Shown here piece by piece: positions 17,675-29,370 of a stretch of DNA of 64,000 nucleotides. The translations under genes were made by a program, and so were the position numbers. Under the pieces are notes generated by a model, which was not told where the DNA came from, did no database searches, and was given only the letters and a program-made list of their open reading frames with translations. The stretch is from Pseudomonadota bacterium (lineage in GTDB: Bacteria > Pseudomonadota > Alphaproteobacteria > Rs-D84), in contig JAEXCU010000015.1 in assembly GCA_023402015.1 (NCBI GenBank), positions 67,879 through 131,878 of the forward strand, read 5' to 3'. Every line of letters starts with the position of its first letter. Within the stretch, counting starts at the first letter, position 1.

Positions 17675-19249
17675 TTAGTTCTCCATGTCAAAAGGGAAAT
17701 CTAACCCCAGTTCATCAAAGTATGGCTTCAATTTCGCGTTGATTTCCTTGATATCTGAATTTAGCTTTTTGATTTCTGCAGAAGTAGCGTTCAAATCGAT
17801 AGGCTCTTCCTCCTCAAATGTGTCCACGTAGCGGGGAATATTCAGGTTAAAACCATTTTCAGCAATCTCTACCATTGTCGCAACATGTGCATACTTTTCG
17901 ACATCCTGGCGTTTGACATAAGTATCCACAATTTTATCAATGTCGCAGTCACGCAGGATATTTTGGTTCTTGCCTGGTTCAAATTCCTTGGACGCGTCAA
18001 TAAACAAAATATTGTCTTTGTTACCGTTACGGTTCTTTTTCAGCACCAATACGCAGACAGGGATCCCCGTTCCAAAGAACAAATTGGCAGGCAGGCCAAT
18101 AACGGCATCCAACAGGTTCAATTTTTCGATCAAGTATTTACGAATAGTTTCTTCTGCGGCACCGCGGAAAAGCACCCCATGGGGCAGCAATACAGCAATG
18201 CGACCATCTTCGTCCATATGGTGAACCATATGTTGCACAAACGCAAAATCTGCCTTGCTTTTTGGGGCAAGTTTGCCATATTCGCTGAAACGTTCGTCTT
18301 CTAGGAACTTATCATCAGCAGACCAGTTTGCAGAGTATGGCGGGTTTGCAACTTGGATTCGATACTGTTTGTCATTAGCAAGTTCTGTAAAGAAGTCATG
18401 TTCCAAGGTGTCGCCATTGTATATTTCAAAATTACGGTACGGAATACCGCGCAAAATCATATTCATGCGAGCCAGATTATAGGTGGTAGAAGTCAATTCT
18501 TGGCCATAATAATTACGCACATTTACATACTTTTTCAGCCGTAACAGCAATGAGCCAGAACCACAAGTCGGGTCGGCAGCCGCTTTAACATCGGTCAATC
18601 CATAACACGCCAAGCGGCACAATAATTCAGCCGGTCCCGATGGCGTATAAAACTCTCCGGCTTTTTTGCCGGCAGTGGCGGCAAACTGACCAATCAGATA
18701 TTCGTACGCATTACCAAGAACATCAATCTTTGTATCTTCTACACTAAAGTCAATCTCATCCAAAGCTGCGATTATCTTGGCCATAACTGCAGAACGGTCT
18801 TTGACAGTATGCCCCAGTTTTGTGGAATCCAACTGCATATCAGAGAACAGATCTTCAAAATCGTCTTGCGATGCATTGCCGATCGTGGATTCCATTAAGC
18901 TGTTGATGGCAGTCTGCAAGAATTCAATGTCAAACGAACGGTTTTCAACCATTGCAACTAAATTGCGAAATAGATATTGAGGCTCAATAACAAATCCCAA
19001 ATCGTTTAATGCTTCTTCTATTATTGCCACCTTGTACTCAGGATTTTCCCAGGCCTGTTCATAAGACATCGCATCGTCTTTTAGAATCTTGGTCATATAT
19101 TTTTCCGTGCGGTCAGATAGATAATAATAGAAAATCATGCCAAGAATATAATTCTTGAATTCATAGGCTTCCATATTACCCCGCAGGGCATTTGCCATAT
19201 TCCACAATTTATTACACAGTGTTTTCTGATGCGCTTGAATATCGTCCAT
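17675..19249 (-). CDS. hsdM: Type I R-M N6-adenine DNA methyltransferase subunit HsdM
   Basis: An HsdM N-terminal domain, the AdoMet motif DPTCGSGSLL, and the catalytic motif NPPYS. Confidence 0.9.
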   Translation of the reverse strand: MDDIQAHQKTLCNKLWNMANALRGNMEAYEFKNYILGMIFYYYLSDRTEKYMTKILKDDAMSYEQAWENPEYKVAIIEEALNDLGFVIEPQYLFRNLVAMVENRSFDIEFLQTAINSLMESTIGNASQDDFEDLFSDMQLDSTKLGHTVKDRSAVMAKIIAALDEIDFSVEDTKIDVLGNAYEYLIGQFAATAGKKAGEFYTPSGPAELLCRLACYGLTDVKAAADPTCGSGSLLLRLKKYVNVRNYYGQELTSTTYNLARMNMILRGIPYRNFEIYNGDTLEHDFFTELANDKQYRIQVANPPYSANWSADDKFLEDERFSEYGKLAPKSKADFAFVQHMVHHMDEDGRIAVLLPHGVLFRGAAEETIRKYLIEKLNLLDAVIGLPANLFFGTGIPVCVLVLKKNRNGNKDNILFIDASKEFEPGKNQNILRDCDIDKIVDTYVKRQDVEKYAHVATMVEIAENGFNLNIPRYVDTFEEEEPIDLNATSAEIKKLNSDIKEINAKLKPYFDELGLDFPFDMEN

Positions 19250-19265
19250 TTCCTGAATCCTTTAA

Positions 19266-22064
<2,799 letters not shown>

Positions 22065-22227
22065 AAATTGTCTCCTTATATCAAAACAATACCTGTTTAT
22101 AAGAAAAAAATCAATAAAGTAATCATATAGAAATCTGTTATGTAAATGAACACTATTATTGTGTTGAAATAACTTGACTTATACCCCTTTGTAAGCAGTA
22201 ATTGCGTGAGCTTACAAAGGAGTAATT

Positions 22228-22431
22228 ATGGGGTATAAAAATCCGCCGGTGGAATATCGGTTTCGACCGGGGCAATCGGGTAATCCATACGGGCGAATGG
22301 GACGCCGTGTGTCCGAGCATGAGCGGCAATGCCTGCTGCGTATGATGGTGGATGCGATATGTGATTATCGGCCGAAAAACAACACACGTTTACGCAAAAT
22401 TATGGGGATATTACATGAAGCAATTGAATAG
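22228..22431 (+). CDS. small DUF5681-like protein
   Basis: The motif FRPGQSGNPYGR is typical of that family. It sits upstream of the DUF2924/recombinase pair, as in other alphaproteobacterial islands. Confidence 0.55.
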   Translation: MGYKNPPVEYRFRPGQSGNPYGRMGRRVSEHERQCLLRMMVDAICDYRPKNNTRLRKIMGILHEAIE

Positions 22432-24409
22432 TATCCCGACCAATTTCTCGGATCTGCAAAAGATGCCTAAAGCCGCCCGTGTCGCCCTGTGGGCGCGATA
22501 TGTGCCGCACCCGTTCGCGGGCCAAAATAAGGCCCTGTGGTACTATATTCAATGTGAGCAAATGGGGGTGCGCATACTGCCGAAACATATGATTAAATTG
22601 CGTAAGTACAGGGATAATCCAGCCGATTGTATAACACGGGTTTATAAAACCAAATATCGCCTGGCGCCCGGCACGATTATAACCAAATCTTTTCGTGGTG
22701 TTGCGCATCGCGTGATGGTCTGTGACGATGGCATGCTTGAATATAACGGCCAGAAATTCAGAACTTTGTCCGGTGTGGCAAGCATTATTGCAGGGATAAA
22801 AATATCCGGCTCCGACTTCTTTGGATTTAGCAAAAGGAAAAAGAATGCCGAAATTACGTGCGCGATTTACACGCGAAAATCAACCGAGCATGGTTTGGAA
22901 TTAGAGTTTAATTCACTGCAAAACCAAGAAGAGGCATGCAAGGCGTATATTGCATCCCAATCATTTAATGGATGGGAGTATTATAAAACATATACCGATG
23001 CGGCTATATCGGGCGGCACAATGTCGCGCCCCGCATTACAGCAAATGTTGGACGACATGTCGCGTGGCCTTATAAATGTGGTTGTTGTATACAAGGTTGA
23101 TTACCTGTCGCGGTCTATTCTGGATTTTCACAGTATGATGAAATACTTTGAAAAATATAATGCCAATTTTGTATCCATTACCCAGTCGTTTGATACATCA
23201 AATTCTATGGGAAAATTGACACTGAATATGCTGCTGTCATTTGCCCAGTTTGAGCGCGAAGTAGCATCCGAACGTGTGCGCGATAAAATTCGTGCCAGCA
23301 AGGCTAAGGGAATGTGGCTGGGCGGTGCGCCACGTTTGGGATATGATTTGCAAGATAAAAAGTTGATTGTAAATGAACAAGAGGCAGAACAAATCCGGGA
23401 TTTATTTAACACATACCTGCGTCTGGGCAGTGTGTCGGCCCTGATTGAATATGCGGCAGATAAAAATATATGTAATAAGCAATGGAGGTCAAAACGCGGT
23501 GCCATATGGGGAGGACGGGAACTCACCAAACATTCGCTGCATCGCATTTTGCGAGACAAGATTTATATCGGAATGATAGAAAGCAATGTTACCAATATCT
23601 GCGCCCCGGGTGAGCATCAGGCAATTGTTGATATCGATACATTTAATCGTGTGCAGGAAATGCTGGCCAAAAATGACAACGATAAGACTGCGCGCGGCGG
23701 TTCGCCAAACCTGATTACGGGAAAGTTATTCAATGCGGCGGGCGTAAAATTTACCAATCAGCGTACCTGTGGCGTGGGCAAGGTAACAAAATATTATTAC
23801 GCCACACGGGGATTTTATCTGCCGGCACCGGAATTGGATGCGATTGTTGCGCGTGCCATAAATGACTTTATGGACTCCGATATGTCAAACCTTGGCGATA
23901 GTGTTGCAACAATGCTGAAGCGTATTGATATGCACGCCATGGAGTATGATGCGCGGCGTAAATTCATTCGCACAATGATACGCAAGGTCGTGTACACTGA
24001 AAATCAAATAATGATATTTATAAACCCCAGTGCCGGCGAATTACCAAAATATACGGGCGAAACGTTTAATCAAAAATCCAACCCTATGGAATATACGACG
24101 GACGCCGATGGTGTAATTATAAAATGCCCGGTATTTTTGAAAAAGCACAGCAAGACAAACTCACTGCTACACATCGTTGATAACAACCATTTAATCGTGC
24201 GTGCTTTTGCCACGGCGTTTCACTATCGTGATGTGTACGAGCGTGGGCGCACCGTCCCAGAAATAGCAACAGATGAACACGCATCAGAAACAACTGTGCG
24301 GCGATATCTGAAACTGGCGTATATCAATCCGCAAATGATAAATGATATTTTAGATGCAAAAACGCCGTATCGTGTGGACGACCTGTTCCACATATCGCCA
24401 ATGTTTTGA
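22415..24409 (+). CDS. DUF2924-like domain fused in frame to a large serine recombinase
   Basis: The N-terminal ~145 aa are DUF2924-like (GVAHRVMVCDDGMLEYNGQKFRTLSGVASIIAG..FFGF). A resolvase domain follows (AIYTRKSTE...VVVYKVDYLSRS...SFAQFEREVASERVRDKI), then a recombinase domain. Confidence 0.8.
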   Translation: MKQLNSIPTNFSDLQKMPKAARVALWARYVPHPFAGQNKALWYYIQCEQMGVRILPKHMIKLRKYRDNPADCITRVYKTKYRLAPGTIITKSFRGVAHRVMVCDDGMLEYNGQKFRTLSGVASIIAGIKISGSDFFGFSKRKKNAEITCAIYTRKSTEHGLELEFNSLQNQEEACKAYIASQSFNGWEYYKTYTDAAISGGTMSRPALQQMLDDMSRGLINVVVVYKVDYLSRSILDFHSMMKYFEKYNANFVSITQSFDTSNSMGKLTLNMLLSFAQFEREVASERVRDKIRASKAKGMWLGGAPRLGYDLQDKKLIVNEQEAEQIRDLFNTYLRLGSVSALIEYAADKNICNKQWRSKRGAIWGGRELTKHSLHRILRDKIYIGMIESNVTNICAPGEHQAIVDIDTFNRVQEMLAKNDNDKTARGGSPNLITGKLFNAAGVKFTNQRTCGVGKVTKYYYATRGFYLPAPELDAIVARAINDFMDSDMSNLGDSVATMLKRIDMHAMEYDARRKFIRTMIRKVVYTENQIMIFINPSAGELPKYTGETFNQKSNPMEYTTDADGVIIKCPVFLKKHSKTNSLLHIVDNNHLIVRAFATAFHYRDVYERGRTVPEIATDEHASETTVRRYLKLAYINPQMINDILDAKTPYRVDDLFHISPMF

Positions 24410-24430
24410 CACATTCCGCCACTATAAAAA

Positions 24431-24455
24431 TCGGGGTTGTATGTAACCCCGATTG
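24431..24455 (+). terminator. Intrinsic terminator ATCGGGGTT-GTATGT-AACCCCGAT plus T-run after the recombinase gene
   Basis: A perfect 9-bp stem followed by TTGTTTTT. Confidence 0.7.
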
Positions 24456-24581
24456 TTTTTGCGGTTTGGCACCTGGTGCTACTACATACAAAATAAGAAA
24501 ACAAAAAATACCCCGAAATTTGCGCGGAATTCCGGGGTGTTAAAATCACAATTAAACCATAGTGATTTCAATAAAATATCG

Positions 24582-24655
24582 TGGTTGGGGCGCACGGATT
24601 CGAACCATGATAAAGAGAACCAAAATCTCTTGTCCTACCATTAGACGACACCCCA
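24582..24655 (-). tRNA. tRNA-Gln (anticodon UUG)
   Basis: Hand-folded, 74 nt: TGGGGTG TC GTC..GAC A AGAGA TTTTGGT TCTCT TTATC ATGGT? TTCGAAT .. CGCCCCA A CCA. Confidence 0.85.
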
Positions 24656-24667
24656 AAAGCATCACCG

Positions 24668-24695
24668 ATTATAAATACTTTTAACATTTTTGCAA
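24668..24695 (-). promoter_or_regulatory. Predicted sigma70-type promoter of tRNA-Gln (TTGCAA, 16 nt, TATAAT)
   Basis: The -35 element is at 24690-24695 and the -10 element at 24668-24673 (minus-strand reading). It lies about 12 nt upstream of the tRNA 5' end. Confidence 0.5.
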
Positions 24696-24767
24696 TAATA
24701 AAATAAACGTTGTGCAATTTCTGATTTACTTTTTGTCCTTTTATCAATATAATATATAACGAATCCA

Positions 24768-25025
24768 TAGGGATTGTGGGTTCGGGCTGTCGTAAGCCTT
24801 ACATTAAAGCAATATGCCGCTGCATATTGAATCCGCATGGGTATAAGGGCGGTGCTTTGGGCACCTTTTCTTATATCAACCCCGCACTGCCAGCCAGGTC
24901 GGGGAGCCGCCTGCATATAAAACAGGGTATCTTCCCGAAAGCAGTGCGGAATCATTCTTTAATGTTGATTTACGAACTCCCCGGCCGCCATTTCCTGTGG
25001 CGGTTTTTAATTCTGTGTATGGGGT
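24768..25025 (+). promoter_or_regulatory. Long structured 5' leader ending in an intrinsic terminator, upstream of the 810-aa orphan gene
   Basis: Several perfect helices: 24762-66/24771-75, 24784-88/24795-99, 24851-55/24861-65, 24882-90/24941-49 and 24900-06/24977-83. The terminator is CCGCCA-TTTCCTG-TGGCGG-TTTTT at 24985-25008. Confidence 0.55.
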
Positions 25026-25031
25026 GTGCCT

Positions 25032-27464
25032 ATGGCGGTAAAGTTCAAAGATTTCATGTTAAATTGGTACAAGGCGTATCATCTGTACAACATGGATGAC
25101 CCGCGAAAACAACGTTGGGCCGATTTGCGTGGAAAATCGTACGAAATTAATTCCAAGGGCGAATATGTATATTTGGAAGACGCGCGAAACGGTGTGCAAA
25201 AGGGATGGGCAAATCCAAAAACAGGGGAATTGGCAACTGAATTGCCGTTGCCGGATTTAAGTGAAGAAGATTGGGAATATTTTTATCGCCTGTGTCGCAC
25301 GGCAATACGAAACATTAATGACAAACGCGAAGATTTGTTGCGAAATGACCCTGATAAAAACCCATTGCCGATTGATAAATGGTTCGGCAGTAAGAATTTA
25401 AAGGCGTTCAGTGTTCAAGAGGTCAAGCAACCAATCAAAGACAAACTGAAACAATTTGCATCGGTGGTATTGGAAACGCCACGATTGAAAAACAAACTGA
25501 TGGACAGTTTTTCTGCTGATTATTCCATAGATACATTTTTGGCCGATTTAATTGACCAGGATTATTCGCGTAATTCGCAATTTACAATTGCGAAAATTCA
25601 AACTCTGGTGCGTATATTACCGGGACTGTTGCGTCCGGAATATGATTTCAAGGTCGGTGATTATAAAAATCCATTTGATGATAAAACCAATGACGCGATT
25701 CAACGCATATTTATTGGTACCGGTTATGACCCGATTGCCGGAATTGCAATGGATGATTTGGAAAATCAGTTTGATGAAATATCCGCCGAATTGGACCCCG
25801 CGAACGAGCAAATAAACCCAATGCAATTGGCGCAGTTTAAACACCCCAGTGTTTATAAAGAAATATTAAAGGCATTGTATGCGCCGGACAAACCAGAAAA
25901 GAAATCGCCATTTCATTCCCAATTTGCATCCAACGGTGGTGGGGAAATCACGGGATACATGAACGAAGTTGTTGGTGGGAATAATTATGAATCCGGCGCA
26001 AACGAATTGGTCCCGAAACTGGGCAAAGAATTAAATATCCGTGAACAGTTTAATAAAAAAATCGGTGATTTTCAGGACGAACATTTTTTGCGTCTGACGG
26101 ACCGCGCGGCCCGGCATGTTTACATAGAACCCGCCGCCAAAGGCATTGTGGATGCAATTATTAAAGAAAAAATATCCCCAACGGATGGATTGAGCAAAAT
26201 CATTGAAAAAAAGGATGCCATTGCAAAACGCGTCCAGGCCAAATCACCCGTCAGCAAAAAGGGGTGTGATTTTTTCTTTGAAGCGCTGTCATATATCCAG
26301 GCGTCCGGCGACATGGACGAAGCGTTATCCGGCGCATTAAAAAATGGTCGCAAGGCCGAGGCAATTGCATTTGAAATAATAAAATATGCAATTTCCAAAC
26401 GTAAAATTAACGAAGCCAAGGCCGCATTGGAAGTCTTCGCAGTTATGCGGTACGATACTTTTTCGTCCGCCCATTGGAATGATTTAAAGAAATCCCAAAA
26501 CGATATCTTTGGCGACAAAAATTTGTCTTTTAATAAAAATGAAACCATGTCGTTTTTAACCCGCGCATTGGATAAAACGATTTGGTTGGGTGTTAATGGT
26601 GCATTTTGGACCGGCGTTTTGACACGCAATTTAATTCAACACGGTCGCGGTAAAATGTCGCCTGATGATATGGCACGTATGAAATCGGCACTGACGAAAA
26701 TAAATGCAGACAGCCAAGAATTCACAAATCTGGCCGATGCGCAGGCGCAACATAATGAAATCCGTACGCAATTATTGGCCGCCCAGGAAAATTTTGGTTA
26801 TGCAATGATTCTGCGCGATGAATATGGTGAATTAAATAATGAAATCACACGTTTGGAATCTAAAATCCCCGCGGCCACCAAAGATACAGATTTATCACGT
26901 TTAACTGCGTTGCAGAATGAAATTGCCGTTAAAAAAGATGCGCGGGACAAAATGCATTCAAAGTTAACGGCGCATGCCGATGAATTTGTGAAATTGGATG
27001 AATTGCAACATAAAATAAAGGGTTTAAATCACGAAATTGCCGCCCAGGGTGATGCGCTGCGAACAGAAACAGATGCGGCGCGCATAAATATAATTCGCGA
27101 TGAATTAGAAACCAAGAACAAACAGTTAAAATTATACAGTGGGTGTTTAAATGTATACGATAAAATGCGTCAAGACTATATGGAATTGGAACGCGAAGAC
27201 CGTGTCGCCCAGGAATTGGCCACGCGATTGGGCGCCGCGGCCGAACGTGGGCACGCCAAGGAAACAGATTCCAAACCATATAATGCGCCCAAATCAGATA
27301 TTCAAAATATGCAAATGCTGATGGCATTTTGGAATGCGGCAAACGGTTATACGCGCGGAATTAATGTTAATTCGTATAATATTTTACGTAATATAAAAAA
27401 TGTTCGCAAAAATGCAAATCTGCAAAAGACATTTAATCAAATGGTAAATTACGAACACGAATAA
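25032..27464 (+). CDS. large hypothetical protein (810 aa from ATG 25032), with a coiled-coil-rich C-terminal third
   Basis: A long uninterrupted ORF with no signal peptide and no motif I recognise. Confidence 0.7.
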   Translation: MAVKFKDFMLNWYKAYHLYNMDDPRKQRWADLRGKSYEINSKGEYVYLEDARNGVQKGWANPKTGELATELPLPDLSEEDWEYFYRLCRTAIRNINDKREDLLRNDPDKNPLPIDKWFGSKNLKAFSVQEVKQPIKDKLKQFASVVLETPRLKNKLMDSFSADYSIDTFLADLIDQDYSRNSQFTIAKIQTLVRILPGLLRPEYDFKVGDYKNPFDDKTNDAIQRIFIGTGYDPIAGIAMDDLENQFDEISAELDPANEQINPMQLAQFKHPSVYKEILKALYAPDKPEKKSPFHSQFASNGGGEITGYMNEVVGGNNYESGANELVPKLGKELNIREQFNKKIGDFQDEHFLRLTDRAARHVYIEPAAKGIVDAIIKEKISPTDGLSKIIEKKDAIAKRVQAKSPVSKKGCDFFFEALSYIQASGDMDEALSGALKNGRKAEAIAFEIIKYAISKRKINEAKAALEVFAVMRYDTFSSAHWNDLKKSQNDIFGDKNLSFNKNETMSFLTRALDKTIWLGVNGAFWTGVLTRNLIQHGRGKMSPDDMARMKSALTKINADSQEFTNLADAQAQHNEIRTQLLAAQENFGYAMILRDEYGELNNEITRLESKIPAATKDTDLSRLTALQNEIAVKKDARDKMHSKLTAHADEFVKLDELQHKIKGLNHEIAAQGDALRTETDAARINIIRDELETKNKQLKLYSGCLNVYDKMRQDYMELEREDRVAQELATRLGAAAERGHAKETDSKPYNAPKSDIQNMQMLMAFWNAANGYTRGINVNSYNILRNIKNVRKNANLQKTFNQMVNYEHE

Positions 27465-27469
27465 AAATA

Positions 27470-27486
27470 ATCGCCCATGTGGCGAT
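27470..27486 (+). terminator. Terminator ATCGCC-CATGT-GGCGAT
   Basis: A stem-loop followed by TTTCTTTT, directly after the stop codon. Confidence 0.6.
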
Positions 27487-27594
27487 TTCTTTTAAAATTC
27501 TGTGATTTTATACTTGCATTAAAATTATTAAAATATATAATTATTCAGATTTTTAATAATTAAACATTTCTTTTATATTATAAAGGGGATTATT

Positions 27595-28044
27595 ATGTCG
27601 CGCAAGGAATTTATTCGCCTGATGGAATCTAATATTTGGATTCTGGACAAATTGTCTGCACGTCTGAAACGGGAACCATTTGGTTTGTCGGGTTATCCAC
27701 GTCAACAAATGGCAATCTTGGTTCGTTTGCATGTGGGGGGGCGGGCCAGATTAAAAGATATCGCAATTCGTGAAATGGCAACAACGCCAAATCTGTGTGC
27801 TGCGTTCAGAAAATTAGAACGCGACGGGTTGGTTGCGCGCGCGATTGATGAACAAGACCGTCGCAACACATGGTATTCGTGCACACCGGCCGGTTCTGAA
27901 ATGGCATGTCGGGCATTGGATACATTTCGCGATGGTATTGAAAAATTGTTCAGTGGACTAAGTCGTGAAGACGAAGATGCATTGACGGGTGCGCTGAAAA
28001 CAATGAACAAAGTGTTAACAAAGATGGAGATAAGTAATGCATAA
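27595..28044 (+). CDS. MarR-family transcriptional regulator
   Basis: Winged-HTH core LKDIAIREMATTPNLCAAFRKLERDGLVARAIDEQDRRN. Confidence 0.85.
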   Translation: MSRKEFIRLMESNIWILDKLSARLKREPFGLSGYPRQQMAILVRLHVGGRARLKDIAIREMATTPNLCAAFRKLERDGLVARAIDEQDRRNTWYSCTPAGSEMACRALDTFRDGIEKLFSGLSREDEDALTGALKTMNKVLTKMEISNA

Positions 28045-29368
28045 AACAAGACTGGTATCAGTTTGTGCTGTTATATGTTTGGGGGTTGTGGGACAAAACG
28101 CCATGGCATTGGATTTGTCGCTGAACGATACGATTGAAAAAATCGTTCATGAATCCCAGGATGTGAAAAAGGCCGATGCAAACGTCAGCAAAGCGACCGC
28201 CCAATTGGCCGCCGCGAATGCAAACCGTTGGTTCAAGGTTGACGGAACCGCGACATATATGAACATGATAAACGTTGAAAATCCGTCAAAATCCAACGCG
28301 GTTGATTTGCCACCGGCGCTGGGGGGACTGATATCAGACAGTTTAAAGAACCAATCTGTTCATATTGAAATACCGGACAACATCTTTATGGTTGGTGTTT
28401 CCGTGTCCCAGCCGATTTACACGTTTGGTAAAATCGGTAATGCGGTCAACAGTGTAAAATCTGCAATTAAAATGACCAAGGCCAGTCGTGAATTAACCCT
28501 GCGCGAGGTTAAATACAGTGCGGCCGACATTTATTGGACCGCAAAAATGACAGATGAAATCGTCAAGATTGCACAATCTGATTTACAGTCCGCACGCGCC
28601 GCGCGTCGCAATCTGTCATCGGCGGGTCGTGCATCGCGCAGCAACCTGGTTAAAATTGAATCGGATATCGCAACCAAGGAAATAAACCTGTCCGATGCAG
28701 AGTTTAATCGTGATACCGCGTACAGAATGCTGAAAATTCTGGCGGGCATAGATATGGACGAAGAAATCACGCTGACTGATAATTTCCCCCAGACGTTTGG
28801 TGCCCTGGATGCGGGCAAATTGACCGCGAATCCGGAATGGGAAATATTAACCCAACAGGTTCAAATGTATGAATCCAAGGTCAAGGCCGCACGGGCGGAA
28901 TATTTGCCGACATTGGCGGCCACGGCGTCGTATAACTATGTCGCCATGGGTCAGGAATACGACAGCATGTTTGATAAAAAGGGCAGTCAGTCTGCATATT
29001 GGGGATTGGCGTTGCAGATTCCGATTTTTAACGGCGGCGCAACGCGCGCGAACGCAACCATGGACGCCATGGATGCCGAATCCGCGCGTCAAGATTTGGA
29101 TAAATCCAAAAAATTAAAAACCGAAGAATATGACAATGCGATAAAGAAATACAATCATTTACGTGGAAATTTGGCGACATTGGAAAATGCCAGAAACCTG
29201 GCCGCCAAGGCATATAAATTTTCCCAGGACCGCTTTGCGTCTGGGCAAACATCTGCGGTGGAGTTGGCCGAAGTGTCTGCGGGTCTGTACCAGTTGGACA
29301 TGGCGTTGTTAAATGCAAAATACAATATTTTGATGTCGGCGGAATCTGTTAAAAAATTGGGTGAATAA
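28037..29368 (+). CDS. TolC-family outer-membrane efflux protein
   Basis: A signal peptide and the two-repeat OEP architecture (LSLNDTIEK..., ...AVELAEVSAGLYQLDMALLNAKYN). Confidence 0.85.
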   Translation: MHKTRLVSVCAVICLGVVGQNAMALDLSLNDTIEKIVHESQDVKKADANVSKATAQLAAANANRWFKVDGTATYMNMINVENPSKSNAVDLPPALGGLISDSLKNQSVHIEIPDNIFMVGVSVSQPIYTFGKIGNAVNSVKSAIKMTKASRELTLREVKYSAADIYWTAKMTDEIVKIAQSDLQSARAARRNLSSAGRASRSNLVKIESDIATKEINLSDAEFNRDTAYRMLKILAGIDMDEEITLTDNFPQTFGALDAGKLTANPEWEILTQQVQMYESKVKAARAEYLPTLAATASYNYVAMGQEYDSMFDKKGSQSAYWGLALQIPIFNGGATRANATMDAMDAESARQDLDKSKKLKTEEYDNAIKKYNHLRGNLATLENARNLAAKAYKFSQDRFASGQTSAVELAEVSAGLYQLDMALLNAKYNILMSAESVKKLGE

Positions 29369-29370
29369 AA

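Noticed and set aside
24768-25025. Assigning the leader to a known riboswitch class (cobalamin, ZTP, ykkC/guanidine, yybP-ykoY or SRP-like).
   Set aside because: Only short chance-level resemblances appear, such as CACTGCC, GCCGCCTGCA and GGGGAGCC. The diagnostic cores (B12 box, GGGTCGTGAC/CCGCCTGGGC, ACGR/GGGA motifs, GGAA tetraloop region) are absent. This was judged from memory without a covariance-model search.
24662-25099. Track ORFs 24776..25099 (+, 107 aa) and 24662..24955 (-, 97 aa).
   Set aside because: Their composition is implausible and Cys/Arg-rich, and they have no RBS. They overlap a region full of perfect RNA helices and a terminator, so I treat the region as a non-coding leader.
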